DNA from: Promethearchaeota archaeon | Lineage (GTDB): Archaea; Asgardarchaeota; Lokiarchaeia; Sigyniarchaeales; SOKP01 | Reading direction: 5' to 3' | Assembly (NCBI GenBank): GCA_019058245.1 | Contig: JAHPZJ010000028.1 | Span: forward strand, 128,001-192,000 | Length of the DNA: 64,000 nt | Shown here: positions 40,257 through 50,281 of the stretch, piece by piece | How positions within the stretch are numbered: position 1 is the first letter of the stretch | Layout: the number at the start of each line of letters is the position of its first letter | Made by a program: the position numbers and the translations under genes | Notes under the pieces: model-generated | Told to the model about the DNA's origin: nothing | Databases searched by the model: none | The model's input: only the letters and a program-made list of their open reading frames with translations

Positions 40257-42452
40257 TTAAGATAATTTACTTAATCCTTTTAATAAATTTCTAGAATCTT
40301 GAACTGAAAATAGATTGTATTTAGCACTGCTTCTTTCAAGTCCAATTCTTATTGAATATGTAGTTTTAGGAGCTATATTAAACATATCCTCATCAGTTTT
40401 ATCATCTCCTAAAATTAAAATAAAATCCCATTCTTCTTTAAATAATGTAGTTGAGATCGCATGTCCTTTATTTATCATAGCACTTTTTACTTCTACTACT
40501 TTATTTCCATCTAATACATTTAAATCAGTATTATAACAATAGTTCTCTAATATATTGATTAATTCTCTTGATCTAACATTACCTAAATCAAATTCTGCTT
40601 TTCTATAATGCCAAGCTAGACTATATTCTTTTTCTTCAATGAAGGAACCTGGTGTTCTGTATGTAAATTTCTCTAGGATCGGGAGTATATTATCTTTCCA
40701 TTCAGTCATTAAGATTTCAACCATTTTCCATTCTTTGTTTAGTTTTTTAGTCCAAATTCCATGTTCTGCGATTAACTCGATATTAATATCTTTAAACCAA
40801 ATATCTAATGTCTGTTTATCTCGTCCACTTACAATTATTACTTTATTCCTTTTATCGTTACTAATTTTTTTAAGAGTATTTAGGATTTCATCATCTGGTC
40901 TTGCGTGATCAGGATTCTTATAGAATTGTACTAAAGTACCATCATAATCTAAAATTATTAATCTTTTCTTGCTATTTTCATAGTCTTTTAAAAGATTTTC
41001 TTTAGATGTGGAAGATAAAAGTCTTAAGGTTTTATCTTGAGGTATAATTTTAGTTTCCTTAAGATTTTCAATAAAATCTTCAGCCCATCTTATAACATCA
41101 TAATTTTCAATCCGTTTTTGCATTTTTAATATTTTTCTTTTTTTACGTTCTTCTGGCATTTCAATTGCTTCCTTTAAAGCTTCAACGATTTGTTTTCTAT
41201 TATTTGTATTAATGATAATTGATTCATATAATTCTTTTGCGGCTCCTGCAGTTTCACTTAAAATTAATACACCATTTCCGTCAACTTTTGAAGAAATATA
41301 TTCTTTTGCTATAAGATTCATACCATCTCTTATAGGGGTAATGAGTGCTACATCAGCTATTCGATATAAAGATATTAATTGTTCTAAAGATAAAGGGCGA
41401 TGGATATACAATATTGGATTCCATTCAATAGTACTAAATCGTCCATTTATTTTTCCTACAAGTTCATCAATATCACTTTTTAAAACTTGATATTCCTCTA
41501 CTTTTGATCTAGATGGTGCAATCACAAAAATTAAAATAATCTTTTCTTGATAATTAGGATAAGATTTTAAAAACAATTCATAAGACAAGAGTCTCTCTAA
41601 AATACCCTTGGTATAATCCAATCTATCTAATGATAGAATAATTTTTCGTTCTCCTATTTCTTCTTTGATTCTTTGGCTTTCATTTAAAATTTCTGAACTT
41701 TGAGCTGTATTATGATATTTTTTATAATCAATTCCCATAGGGAAGCAATCTACTTTTATTGTTCTCCCTTGTAAATAAATTTTATTCATTTTTATATCCA
41801 ATCCTAAAATTCGATGAGTACTGCTTAAAAAATGCCTTTCATAATCATACGTGTGAAAACCTAGTAAGTCTGAACCTAAAAGACCTTCAAGAATTTCTTC
41901 TCGCCAAGGAATTAAACGAAAAATTTCATAAGAAGGGAATGGAATATGTAAAAAAAAACCGATAGTAGAGTCGTGGATACTCTGTTTTATAAGATTAGGT
42001 AATAGCATTAAATGATAGTCATGGACCCAAATAATATCATTTTGACGAAAAATTTGTAAAATTATTTTATGAAATTTTTTATTAATTGATTTATATGCTT
42101 CCCATAATTTATCATCAAAAGTAGTATATTGTATAAAGTAATGAAAAAGAGGCCAAATTGTTATATTACAAAAACCAGCATAAAATTCATCAATTTCCTT
42201 TTTTTTAAGGAATACGGGATAGAAATTAAATTTAGATATTAATTCTTTTTCTATTTCTTCTTTTTTATCTTCAATTAATTCTAATTCAATCCCAGGCCAA
42301 CCTATCCAAATGCTGTTATGAGTTTTATGAAAAGAGCTCAATCCTGTAGTTAATCCTCCTAAGCTTCTTTTAAAAATGACCTTATCATTTTCTATTTTAA
42401 TAGTTACAGGTAATCTGTTTGAAATAAAAATTAATTTATTTTTATTAGTCAT
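40257..42452 (-). CDS. Bifunctional trehalose-6-phosphate synthase/phosphatase (OtsA-OtsB fusion)
   Basis: GT20 motifs SNRLP, WVHDYHL, DRLDYTKG and DGMNL; HAD motifs LDYDGTL and GDDKTDE. Confidence 0.96.
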   Translation of the reverse strand: MTNKNKLIFISNRLPVTIKIENDKVIFKRSLGGLTTGLSSFHKTHNSIWIGWPGIELELIEDKKEEIEKELISKFNFYPVFLKKKEIDEFYAGFCNITIWPLFHYFIQYTTFDDKLWEAYKSINKKFHKIILQIFRQNDIIWVHDYHLMLLPNLIKQSIHDSTIGFFLHIPFPSYEIFRLIPWREEILEGLLGSDLLGFHTYDYERHFLSSTHRILGLDIKMNKIYLQGRTIKVDCFPMGIDYKKYHNTAQSSEILNESQRIKEEIGERKIILSLDRLDYTKGILERLLSYELFLKSYPNYQEKIILIFVIAPSRSKVEEYQVLKSDIDELVGKINGRFSTIEWNPILYIHRPLSLEQLISLYRIADVALITPIRDGMNLIAKEYISSKVDGNGVLILSETAGAAKELYESIIINTNNRKQIVEALKEAIEMPEERKKRKILKMQKRIENYDVIRWAEDFIENLKETKIIPQDKTLRLLSSTSKENLLKDYENSKKRLIILDYDGTLVQFYKNPDHARPDDEILNTLKKISNDKRNKVIIVSGRDKQTLDIWFKDINIELIAEHGIWTKKLNKEWKMVEILMTEWKDNILPILEKFTYRTPGSFIEEKEYSLAWHYRKAEFDLGNVRSRELINILENYCYNTDLNVLDGNKVVEVKSAMINKGHAISTTLFKEEWDFILILGDDKTDEDMFNIAPKTTYSIRIGLERSSAKYNLFSVQDSRNLLKGLSKLS

Positions 42453-42528
42453 TTAATCACTTGAAGAGTTCTTTTTATTATTATAATATAATTTTTTATT
42501 TCATATGAAAAAATTTCATGCTTATATT

Positions 42529-42735
42529 TTATTTTTTATCCCAATTTCTCATCTTTTCTAAATTTTTGAATTCTTCTCCTGGTGGATGATATATCTCCTT
42601 AGTTGATATATAAGAGTCTTTTATTTCATCCAGTAATGGCAATTCTTTACTACATGAATTACAAATTAGAATATTTTTAATATTTTTTTTACCTGGTCCT
42701 AAAAGTCCACCACATTTTTCGCAAAATTCAACTAT
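42529..42735 (-). CDS. Small zinc-ribbon protein resembling the N-terminal domain of TFS/RpoM (probable ATA start); missed by the ORF track
   Basis: Manual translation gives (M)VEFCEKCGGLLGPGKKNIKNILICNSCSKELPLLDEIKDSYISTKEIYHPPGEEFKNLEKMRNWDKK (68 aa). Confidence 0.75.
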   Translation of the reverse strand: MVEFCEKCGGLLGPGKKNIKNILICNSCSKELPLLDEIKDSYISTKEIYHPPGEEFKNLEKMRNWDKK

Positions 42736-43373
42736 GTTTAATTAAACATCTGATGTTTTATTGTTTTTTGTTTTTATAAGAATATTAATTCAAATTCTTC
42801 TTCTTTTTGATATCTCTAAACCATTTTTATAATTTTTTATGAATTACTAATATTAAATGCTTAAATATCCATTAGATATTATGTAAAATTAACCAAATTG
42901 ATTATATTACTAAAAATATCATAAATAAAGACCGAAAAATTTTTTTTTTTTTATTTTTGAATATCTTATTTGATACTGAGGTCAATTTAAAGTGATAATT
43001 AAGCTAAAAGGATATCAAATCATTTTTATATCTATTTTACTAAAAAAATTAGGATATTTAATTTTTTCTAAAAATAAAGAAAAATTATAAGATATTTTAA
43101 TTAATACTTTTACATATTCACTTATAATAGATATTTTGAAACGGAATTTTCTTCTTTTTTAAATATTTGATTTTTAATTTTTTTCTTCCCGATTAATGGA
43201 AATTCAAATATTTCCCTTGAGAATAAAGAACTTGACAAATTGATATTTTCCTTGAAATTTTTTCTATTAGATTAATAAGTTCTCGAAAATTTTATTAGAA
43301 CTTTATGATTTAATTTAAATTATAATTCTTTATTATCAAAAATAAATTATTAATTCATTATAGCTCTTATAAA

Positions 43374-44729
43374 ATGAGTATATACGCTGATGATGTCGTA
43401 AACTTTACCTCCGTCTTAAAAATTGCATATAATTTCTTAACAGGTAGAGAGTATTTGCAAAAAAAGAAATCTAAAGAAAGGAAAACCTTAATTTCTGTAG
43501 CTTCAGGATTTCCTGATCTGGTATTTGCAGCTGATTCCATACCCGTTTTTCCCATTCGTATGGAAAAATTTAAGCTTAATTTATATTTACTTGCTTTAAA
43601 CACAGCAACAGGTCTATTTGGTTGGGATCTTACTACAAAATTGTTAGGAATCGCAAGACAAATAGATTTTTTAAAAATCGTAGATAATGTTTTAAATGAC
43701 GTTATTAGTACTATCAATAAAAGATATAATAAATTTTATGAATTAGCTATTCAGAAGAATGTTTCACCCAAGTTTTGCTTTGGTGTTAAATCACTTTATG
43801 GAATGCATCTCTCAAAATCAAATAATTGTGATTGCAGTTTAGATTTTACCCTAAGATGTAAGAAATATAATGATTATCTGAAATCACTAAAAGAATTAAT
43901 TCCAAACCAAATATGGTTAGAAATTCCTTCGATCAATACACAGGATGAGGGTAATGCATTAGAAATTATGATCACTAACCTGAAAAAAGTGATTCAAGAA
44001 TTAGAAAGTATCTCTGGCAATATTGTTACTGATAATAGTTTAAAAAAGCAGTTTCGCATTGGAAACCAAGTTAAGCGATATTATAAAACAATAATTTATG
44101 ATATTGGTAACTCAGATTTTTATCCGTGTAATTCTGCAACGTTCGCGGAAATCTTAGCATTATTAACTATTTCATTTCAAGATTATAACTCAAATGCTCA
44201 AAGATATTTAGAAAATCTTAGTCATTTAGTAAAAGAAATGAAAATGCGTATTCAAAAAGGAGTAGGAATGGATGTTTCTAATAGACCAAGAATCTTATTA
44301 ACTCCAATATTCAATGGGTGGGAACCAAAAGCTCAAGAAATTATACATGATTTAGGAGGGAGAGTTATTTATTCAGATTGGGATTCACTTGGATTGTTAG
44401 AAGAAATATCTGTTTCGAAGAATTCTGATCCAATTGAAGCTTATGCTCACTTCCTTTTGAATAGTTCAAAAAAAGGTTTATTCTGCTTAGATAATTATGA
44501 ATCACTAATTAATTCCTATAAAAACTATGTTAAAAAAACTAAAGTTGATGGTCTTATAATTAATCAACTTGAAGATTGTCATATAGATCCAAGTTGTTAT
44601 GAATTAATGAAAAATAAAATCAGAATTGAAAATAAAATACCTTCTGTTAGTATTAAATTTAAAAAGATTGGTGAAAATTTAGAAAAAACTAAAGTTACTC
44701 TGAAGTCTTTTATGGAATTATATGGTTGA
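43374..44729 (+). CDS. 2-hydroxyacyl-CoA dehydratase family subunit, paralog of 16734..18092
   Basis: Collinear with 16734..18092 (LTGREYL/LTGRDYL, KSLYGMH, DFYPCN, SFQDYNSNA, GWEPK). Confidence 0.85.
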   Translation: MSIYADDVVNFTSVLKIAYNFLTGREYLQKKKSKERKTLISVASGFPDLVFAADSIPVFPIRMEKFKLNLYLLALNTATGLFGWDLTTKLLGIARQIDFLKIVDNVLNDVISTINKRYNKFYELAIQKNVSPKFCFGVKSLYGMHLSKSNNCDCSLDFTLRCKKYNDYLKSLKELIPNQIWLEIPSINTQDEGNALEIMITNLKKVIQELESISGNIVTDNSLKKQFRIGNQVKRYYKTIIYDIGNSDFYPCNSATFAEILALLTISFQDYNSNAQRYLENLSHLVKEMKMRIQKGVGMDVSNRPRILLTPIFNGWEPKAQEIIHDLGGRVIYSDWDSLGLLEEISVSKNSDPIEAYAHFLLNSSKKGLFCLDNYESLINSYKNYVKKTKVDGLIINQLEDCHIDPSCYELMKNKIRIENKIPSVSIKFKKIGENLEKTKVTLKSFMELYG

Positions 44730-44739
44730 AATTTGAGAA

Positions 44740-45312
44740 TTACATTCCAAAGAAGTCAGATGGCTTTAATAAGTGCTGATCCTCTTCTTTCTCCTTTTTC
44801 GCCTTTTCATGGGGATCAACCCATTCTGCTTCTCCACCAGATGCTTGAGTTGTTGCTCCTCCAGGTGCTTTTAATCCTGTTGGTTTTAAGTTAATATCTG
44901 CTGATATTGCTTCTGGTTGTTGTCCTACTGCTACCGGGGCTGCTGGAACATAGGTTATCCCTCCTGCTTTTAAAACCTTTAATTCACTCAATACTTTTTC
45001 TAGATTCATTGTTTGTACGCTCTTATTCATTGTATCCATTATTTCTTTTAGAGATTTAGATGTTTCTCTTAATCCCTTTGGATTAATTCCTGTCAGTAGT
45101 GAATCTAAATTAGCCGCTATGTTATCATTTAATTCTTTTAACGAATCTAAGACAGTACTCCAGTGTTTATTCATTTGTGATTCTATGGCACTAATCATTT
45201 TAATTGTTTCATTCATAAAATTAACATGTGCTTCATAGCGTTCCTCGTCCTTAGCTCTAAGGTCCGAGATGAGCATTATTAATTTCCGTAGAGCTTCTTT
45301 TTCTTCACTCAT
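44740..45312 (-). CDS. Coiled-coil protein with low-complexity linker and C-terminal short motif
   Basis: Helical N-terminal ~115 aa, then an Ala/Pro/Gly-rich linker ending LLKPSDFFGM. Confidence 0.75.
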   Translation of the reverse strand: MSEEKEALRKLIMLISDLRAKDEERYEAHVNFMNETIKMISAIESQMNKHWSTVLDSLKELNDNIAANLDSLLTGINPKGLRETSKSLKEIMDTMNKSVQTMNLEKVLSELKVLKAGGITYVPAAPVAVGQQPEAISADINLKPTGLKAPGGATTQASGGEAEWVDPHEKAKKEKEEDQHLLKPSDFFGM

Positions 45313-45444
45313 TTTTTACCAAAAAATATATTATTTTTTCTATTATAATTATGATTATAAATAAATTTATATGTATGCATATAAAAAAACAAATCTGTTA
45401 TAATTCCATTAATTTATTTGAATTAAATTAAAAAAAAAAAGGAA

Positions 45445-46938
45445 ATGACAGTTATCGCCACAAAATGGATTAAAAATCCAAAAATCTATGAAATTAACAC
45501 TTGGCCTTGGTTTCAGTCTTTATCCGAAATTTATAATACCTCTATTACTTTAAATAATATTCCAGATGAAGTTTTTAATCATGAAATAAAATGTTTTGAT
45601 GTTGTTTGGCTTATGGGTGTTTGGGAAAGAAGCCCTGCTAGTAAAAAAATAGCACTTGAACATCCTGATTTGCAGAAAGAGTACCATAAAGTTCTACATG
45701 ATTTTAAGGATGAGGATGTAATAGGATCTCCATATGCGGTGTACTATTATCATATTGATAATAAACTTGGTGGAGTTGATGGAATTATCAAATTCCGTAG
45801 TCAATTAAAAGAGATGGGGATTCAATTAATACTAGATTATGTTCCAAACCATATTTCAGTTGACTCTTTATGGACTTTCGAGAACAATTTATTTATTGAA
45901 GGGACTTTAGATGACTTAATGTCTCATCCTTATGATTTTTTTAGTATTTCGGAAAAAATTTTCGCCCATGGTCGTGATCCAAACTTCCCTAGTTGGACTG
46001 ATACAATTCAAATTAATGCCTTTTCAGAAGCAGCTCGACAGAAAACAATTAAAACTCTTCTGAATATTGCGGAACTCTGTGATGGCGTTCGATGTGATAT
46101 GGCAATGCTTTTAACTAATGATGTATTTCGGAGAACTTGGGGGGAAAAAGCGGGAGAACCTCCAGAAAAAGAGTTTTGGGAAGAAATCATTCCAGCTGTA
46201 AAAGAAAAATATCCAAATTTTATATTCATAGCAGAAGTATATTGGGATATGGAATGGGATCTTCAACAACAAGGATTTGATTTTTGTTATGATAAAAGGC
46301 TATATGACAGATTAGCTCATGGAAATGCTAATACAATCAACGATCACCTTAAAGCGGAATGGAAATATCAAAGTAAATTAGTTCGTTTTATTGAAAATCA
46401 TGATGAAATGAGAGCTATAGAAAAATTTGGAGAGGAAAAATCTAAAGCTGCAGCGATTATAGCATTAACTCTGCCCGGAGCAAGATTAGTATACAATGGA
46501 CAAACTCGAGGGAATAGGATAAAATTACCTGTTCAATTAGGAAGAATTCCTTTTGAAGAAACGAATAATACTATTTTTGAATTTTATCAAGATTTATTTA
46601 AATCAATTCCAGGGAGAGAATACGGAGTAGGAAGTTGGTCTCTATGTGAATCAAAATTAGTAAAATCAAATGATTCTTCATTTACAGACATTATTTCTTA
46701 TTTATGGTGGATTAATGATGATTATCGACTTATTGTTGTAAATTATAGTCCAAATTCTTCAGAAGCTCATATAAAAATAAGTCCATTTCATTTTGATACC
46801 AATAGATGGATATTCACTGATTTACTAAAGCATAAATCATACATTTATAGTGGTAATAATTTGTATAAATATGGATTATATATTGAATTAAAAGCTTGGG
46901 AAGGATATATTTTTGATATCAAAAAAGAAAGTAATTAG
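45445..46938 (+). CDS. GH13 alpha-amylase family protein
   Basis: Motifs DYVPNH, DGVRCDMA (nucleophile), AEVYW (acid/base) and FIENHDE. Confidence 0.93.
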   Translation: MTVIATKWIKNPKIYEINTWPWFQSLSEIYNTSITLNNIPDEVFNHEIKCFDVVWLMGVWERSPASKKIALEHPDLQKEYHKVLHDFKDEDVIGSPYAVYYYHIDNKLGGVDGIIKFRSQLKEMGIQLILDYVPNHISVDSLWTFENNLFIEGTLDDLMSHPYDFFSISEKIFAHGRDPNFPSWTDTIQINAFSEAARQKTIKTLLNIAELCDGVRCDMAMLLTNDVFRRTWGEKAGEPPEKEFWEEIIPAVKEKYPNFIFIAEVYWDMEWDLQQQGFDFCYDKRLYDRLAHGNANTINDHLKAEWKYQSKLVRFIENHDEMRAIEKFGEEKSKAAAIIALTLPGARLVYNGQTRGNRIKLPVQLGRIPFEETNNTIFEFYQDLFKSIPGREYGVGSWSLCESKLVKSNDSSFTDIISYLWWINDDYRLIVVNYSPNSSEAHIKISPFHFDTNRWIFTDLLKHKSYIYSGNNLYKYGLYIELKAWEGYIFDIKKESN

Positions 46939-46958
46939 AAAGTTTTTTTCAAATTAAT

Positions 46959-48812
46959 TTAATGAACTGTAACAGTCTTGGCAAGATTAAGTGGTTTATC
47001 TGGATCTAAATTATGCTCTAGAGCAGCAAAATATGCCAATAACTGTAATGCAGGGATGAATGTAATTGAACTAAAGAGATTATGATATTTATCTCTTGGT
47101 TGTGGAATTCTAATGGTTATATCACTTAAATTAGTAATTTTTTCATCACTTTCTATAACTAATGATATAATTTTACCCCCTCTAGCTTTAAATTCCATTA
47201 CATTTCCTAATAATCGTTCATATGTTTCATCTGGAGGTGCAATAAATATTATAGGATATCCATCTCTTACTAATGATATAGGTCCATGTTTTGCATGAGC
47301 TGCAGAATATCCTTCAATGAATCGGCATGCAACTTCTTTTAATTTCAATCCACCTTCTTTTGCTGTCGCGATAGATGCTCCACGTGCTAGAAAGAAAAAA
47401 TTAAGATTCTTCTCTAAATCACTTACAATATACTTTATTAGATCAGCATTCTTCTCAAGAAAATTTTCAATAATATCGGGAACAGATTGAAGTGCTTCAT
47501 AATACTTCTGAATTTCCTCTTGTGAATCTTTATTTTTTAACTTAGCAATTTCTAATGCAACTAATGCAAGAGTTAAAATTTGAGTTACGAAAGTTTTTGT
47601 TGCAGCTACACCAATCTCTGGTCCTGCTTGGGTTACTAATACTTTATCAGAATATCTAGTAATAGATGATCCTACTATATTTGTAATTGACAATATTTTA
47701 ATACTTGGTTTATACTTTTTTGCCCATCTAATTGGCTCAATTAAATCAATTGTTTCTCCAGATTGAGATAATGCTATAATTATAGAATTTTCTTCGAGAG
47801 AATTATTTAACTGCGTTTTAAACTCTGAACATTCTATTGCTTCAATATACTTCCCTAGAAATTTAGTTATTATAAATTTACCAGCTAAGGATGCGTGAAA
47901 AGATGTTCCAGCAGCAGTAATATATATATGATCAGCAGTTAATAAAGGGATTGCAAAATCTTTTATAGAATCAGGAGAAATTTTCATCGTTCTTCTTAAA
48001 GCAGAGGGTTCTTCATAAATTTCTTTTAACATAAAATGTTGATATCCCCCCTTTTCTGCAGCATCAATATTCCAATTGATTTCTTGAACTTTCTTCTGTT
48101 TAGGTAAATCACTATTATCGATATCAAAAAATTCTACTGACCCAGCATTTAGAATCGCTAGTTCATCATCTTCCAATATATAACAGTATTTTGTGTATGG
48201 AAGAAACGCTGGTATATCCGAAGCACAATAACTTGTTTTTCCTTTATCGATTCCTATTATGAGGGGGGATTCTTTACGACAAGCAATTATGGTGTTAGGA
48301 TAATCAGCATGGCAAATTGCCAATCCATAAGCACCTTCGCACCTCTTTATTGCCGAAACAATCGCCTCTTTTAGATTTTTATTTTGTTTCAAATATTCTT
48401 CAATTAAATGTGGAATTATTTCAGTATCTGTTTCAGATTTGAAAATATGCCCTTTAGAAAGTAGTTCTTCTTTAAGTTCTAAAAAATTTTCAAGAATACC
48501 ATTATGGATAACGGCAATCTTATCAGTACAATCGAGGTGTGGATGGCTATTTATTTTGGTTGGAGGTCCATGAGTTGCCCATCGTGTATGAGCTAATGCT
48601 AGTTTAGAACCATTTGGAAATTCATCTAATTTTAGATATTCATTAATCTCGTCAATTTTACCTGCATCTTTTTTAACAAAAAGACTATTATTATGTTGAG
48701 ATACAATACCACACGAATCATAACCCCTATATTCCAATCTTTTAATACTTTCAAGAGCTATTTTTCCTATTTTGATATTTTGATTCGTAACTATTCCGAA
48801 TATACCACACAT
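46959..48812 (-). CDS. glmS: Glutamine-fructose-6-phosphate transaminase (isomerizing)
   Basis: Motifs MCGIFG, LEYRGYDS, HTRWATHG, SQSGET, LKLKE, KHGP and NLAKTVTV. Confidence 0.98.
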   Translation of the reverse strand: MCGIFGIVTNQNIKIGKIALESIKRLEYRGYDSCGIVSQHNNSLFVKKDAGKIDEINEYLKLDEFPNGSKLALAHTRWATHGPPTKINSHPHLDCTDKIAVIHNGILENFLELKEELLSKGHIFKSETDTEIIPHLIEEYLKQNKNLKEAIVSAIKRCEGAYGLAICHADYPNTIIACRKESPLIIGIDKGKTSYCASDIPAFLPYTKYCYILEDDELAILNAGSVEFFDIDNSDLPKQKKVQEINWNIDAAEKGGYQHFMLKEIYEEPSALRRTMKISPDSIKDFAIPLLTADHIYITAAGTSFHASLAGKFIITKFLGKYIEAIECSEFKTQLNNSLEENSIIIALSQSGETIDLIEPIRWAKKYKPSIKILSITNIVGSSITRYSDKVLVTQAGPEIGVAATKTFVTQILTLALVALEIAKLKNKDSQEEIQKYYEALQSVPDIIENFLEKNADLIKYIVSDLEKNLNFFFLARGASIATAKEGGLKLKEVACRFIEGYSAAHAKHGPISLVRDGYPIIFIAPPDETYERLLGNVMEFKARGGKIISLVIESDEKITNLSDITIRIPQPRDKYHNLFSSITFIPALQLLAYFAALEHNLDPDKPLNLAKTVTVH

Positions 48813-48862
48813 CTTTATATTATAAAATTTTTTTTAACATTATTTTAAATTCTAATAATAAC

Positions 48863-50281
48863 CTAGATTAAGTTCAATTTTTGCATCTTTTTCACAGCAA
48901 TATTATTCATTTCAATTGAATTATTGATATCAATAGTGGATTCACCAGATATTCTTAAATAGGGGCTTGTTCCAGAACGTCTAATCAAGAGCCAGCCATC
49001 TTCATAATCAAATCTACAACCATCTAACTGATTAATTTTAACAATTTTTTTTCCCAAATTATCTAAAGACTCATTTATTTCAGAAATGATTTTTTGATGT
49101 ATTTCTTCTGTAAATGGAATATCTTTAGTTAATTTAAATTTATTAGCAAAATATGGATAATGAGGAATATCCTTTAATAATTCTTTTAAAGATTTTCCAG
49201 TTTTTGTCATCATATCCAATACAATTGCAATAGTTAAAATTGAATCTGGTCCATAATGAAAATGAGGCCATATATAAGTACCAGAAGTTTCTCCTCCTAT
49301 AAAACCTCCTAATTCTCGTAATGCAATTGCTACTTTAATATCTCCAACTTCTGTTCTAATAACATTGCAACCAAGAGGTTTTAATACATCCTCAATTAAA
49401 CATGATGAATTAATTGGAGTAGCAACTTGCATTTGCTCTTTTGATAATTGATTTTCCTGGATATAATATTTTGCCATTAAAGTTAACAAACGGATTGGGT
49501 CTACGATTTCTCCATTCTCATCAAGAAAAATAACCCTATCAGCATCTCCATCAAGAGCAATCCCAATATCTTCTTCTTTGGAAATTTTTAAAAATTTAGA
49601 AAGTTTCATAAGATTCTTCTTATTTGGTTCTGAATGCCTTCCAGGAAAATTACCATCCATTTGTGAGTTTAGAGTAGTTACATTTATATTGTATTCACCT
49701 AAAAGCCGTGGTACAATTTCACATCCAGACCCATTTCCAGGATCTACAATTACATAAAGTTTATTACCATTAAATTTTATTAAACTCATTATTTCAGAAA
49801 TGTGAAGATCATTTGTATCATTGATTTGTGTAACTTTTCCAATTTGATCATAATTTATTTTTATGAAATCTTTCTCATCATATATACGAGAAATTTCCAT
49901 TTCTTGTTCAGGCGAAAATCCAATACCAGAGGGATTCCATAGTTTTAATCCACAATATTCTGGAGTATTATGTGAGGCGGTAATAACTACACCTGCTTCT
50001 GCATTTAAAAATTTTAATGATGCCGCAAGAGTAGGAGTAGTAACAATTCCTAATGTTTTTACATTGCATCCACAACTTACAAGTCCAGAAATTAAAGCAT
50101 ATTCAATAGGCAAAGCAGATGTACGAATATCTTTTCCTATAACTACAGTACCCCCTTTTAAATATGTACCTAATGCTAATCCTACATCAAGGCTCATAGC
50201 AGGCGTAAACATTAGATCTGATTCAGAATAATTTTTAAATACTCTTCTTATGCCACTTGTTCCAAAGATCGAAGTTGTCAT
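48863..50281 (-). CDS. glmM: Phosphoglucosamine mutase / alpha-D-phosphohexomutase
   Basis: Motifs FGTSGIR, TASHN, DGDADR and GGETSG; co-oriented upstream of glmS. Confidence 0.88.
   Translation of the reverse strand: MTTSIFGTSGIRRVFKNYSESDLMFTPAMSLDVGLALGTYLKGGTVVIGKDIRTSALPIEYALISGLVSCGCNVKTLGIVTTPTLAASLKFLNAEAGVVITASHNTPEYCGLKLWNPSGIGFSPEQEMEISRIYDEKDFIKINYDQIGKVTQINDTNDLHISEIMSLIKFNGNKLYVIVDPGNGSGCEIVPRLLGEYNINVTTLNSQMDGNFPGRHSEPNKKNLMKLSKFLKISKEEDIGIALDGDADRVIFLDENGEIVDPIRLLTLMAKYYIQENQLSKEQMQVATPINSSCLIEDVLKPLGCNVIRTEVGDIKVAIALRELGGFIGGETSGTYIWPHFHYGPDSILTIAIVLDMMTKTGKSLKELLKDIPHYPYFANKFKLTKDIPFTEEIHQKIISEINESLDNLGKKIVKINQLDGCRFDYEDGWLLIRRSGTSPYLRISGESTIDINNSIEMNNIAVKKMQKLNLI

Noticed and set aside
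48813-48862. Possible glmS ribozyme upstream of glmS
   Set aside because: Only 50 AT-rich nt separate glmM and glmS, leaving no room or motif.
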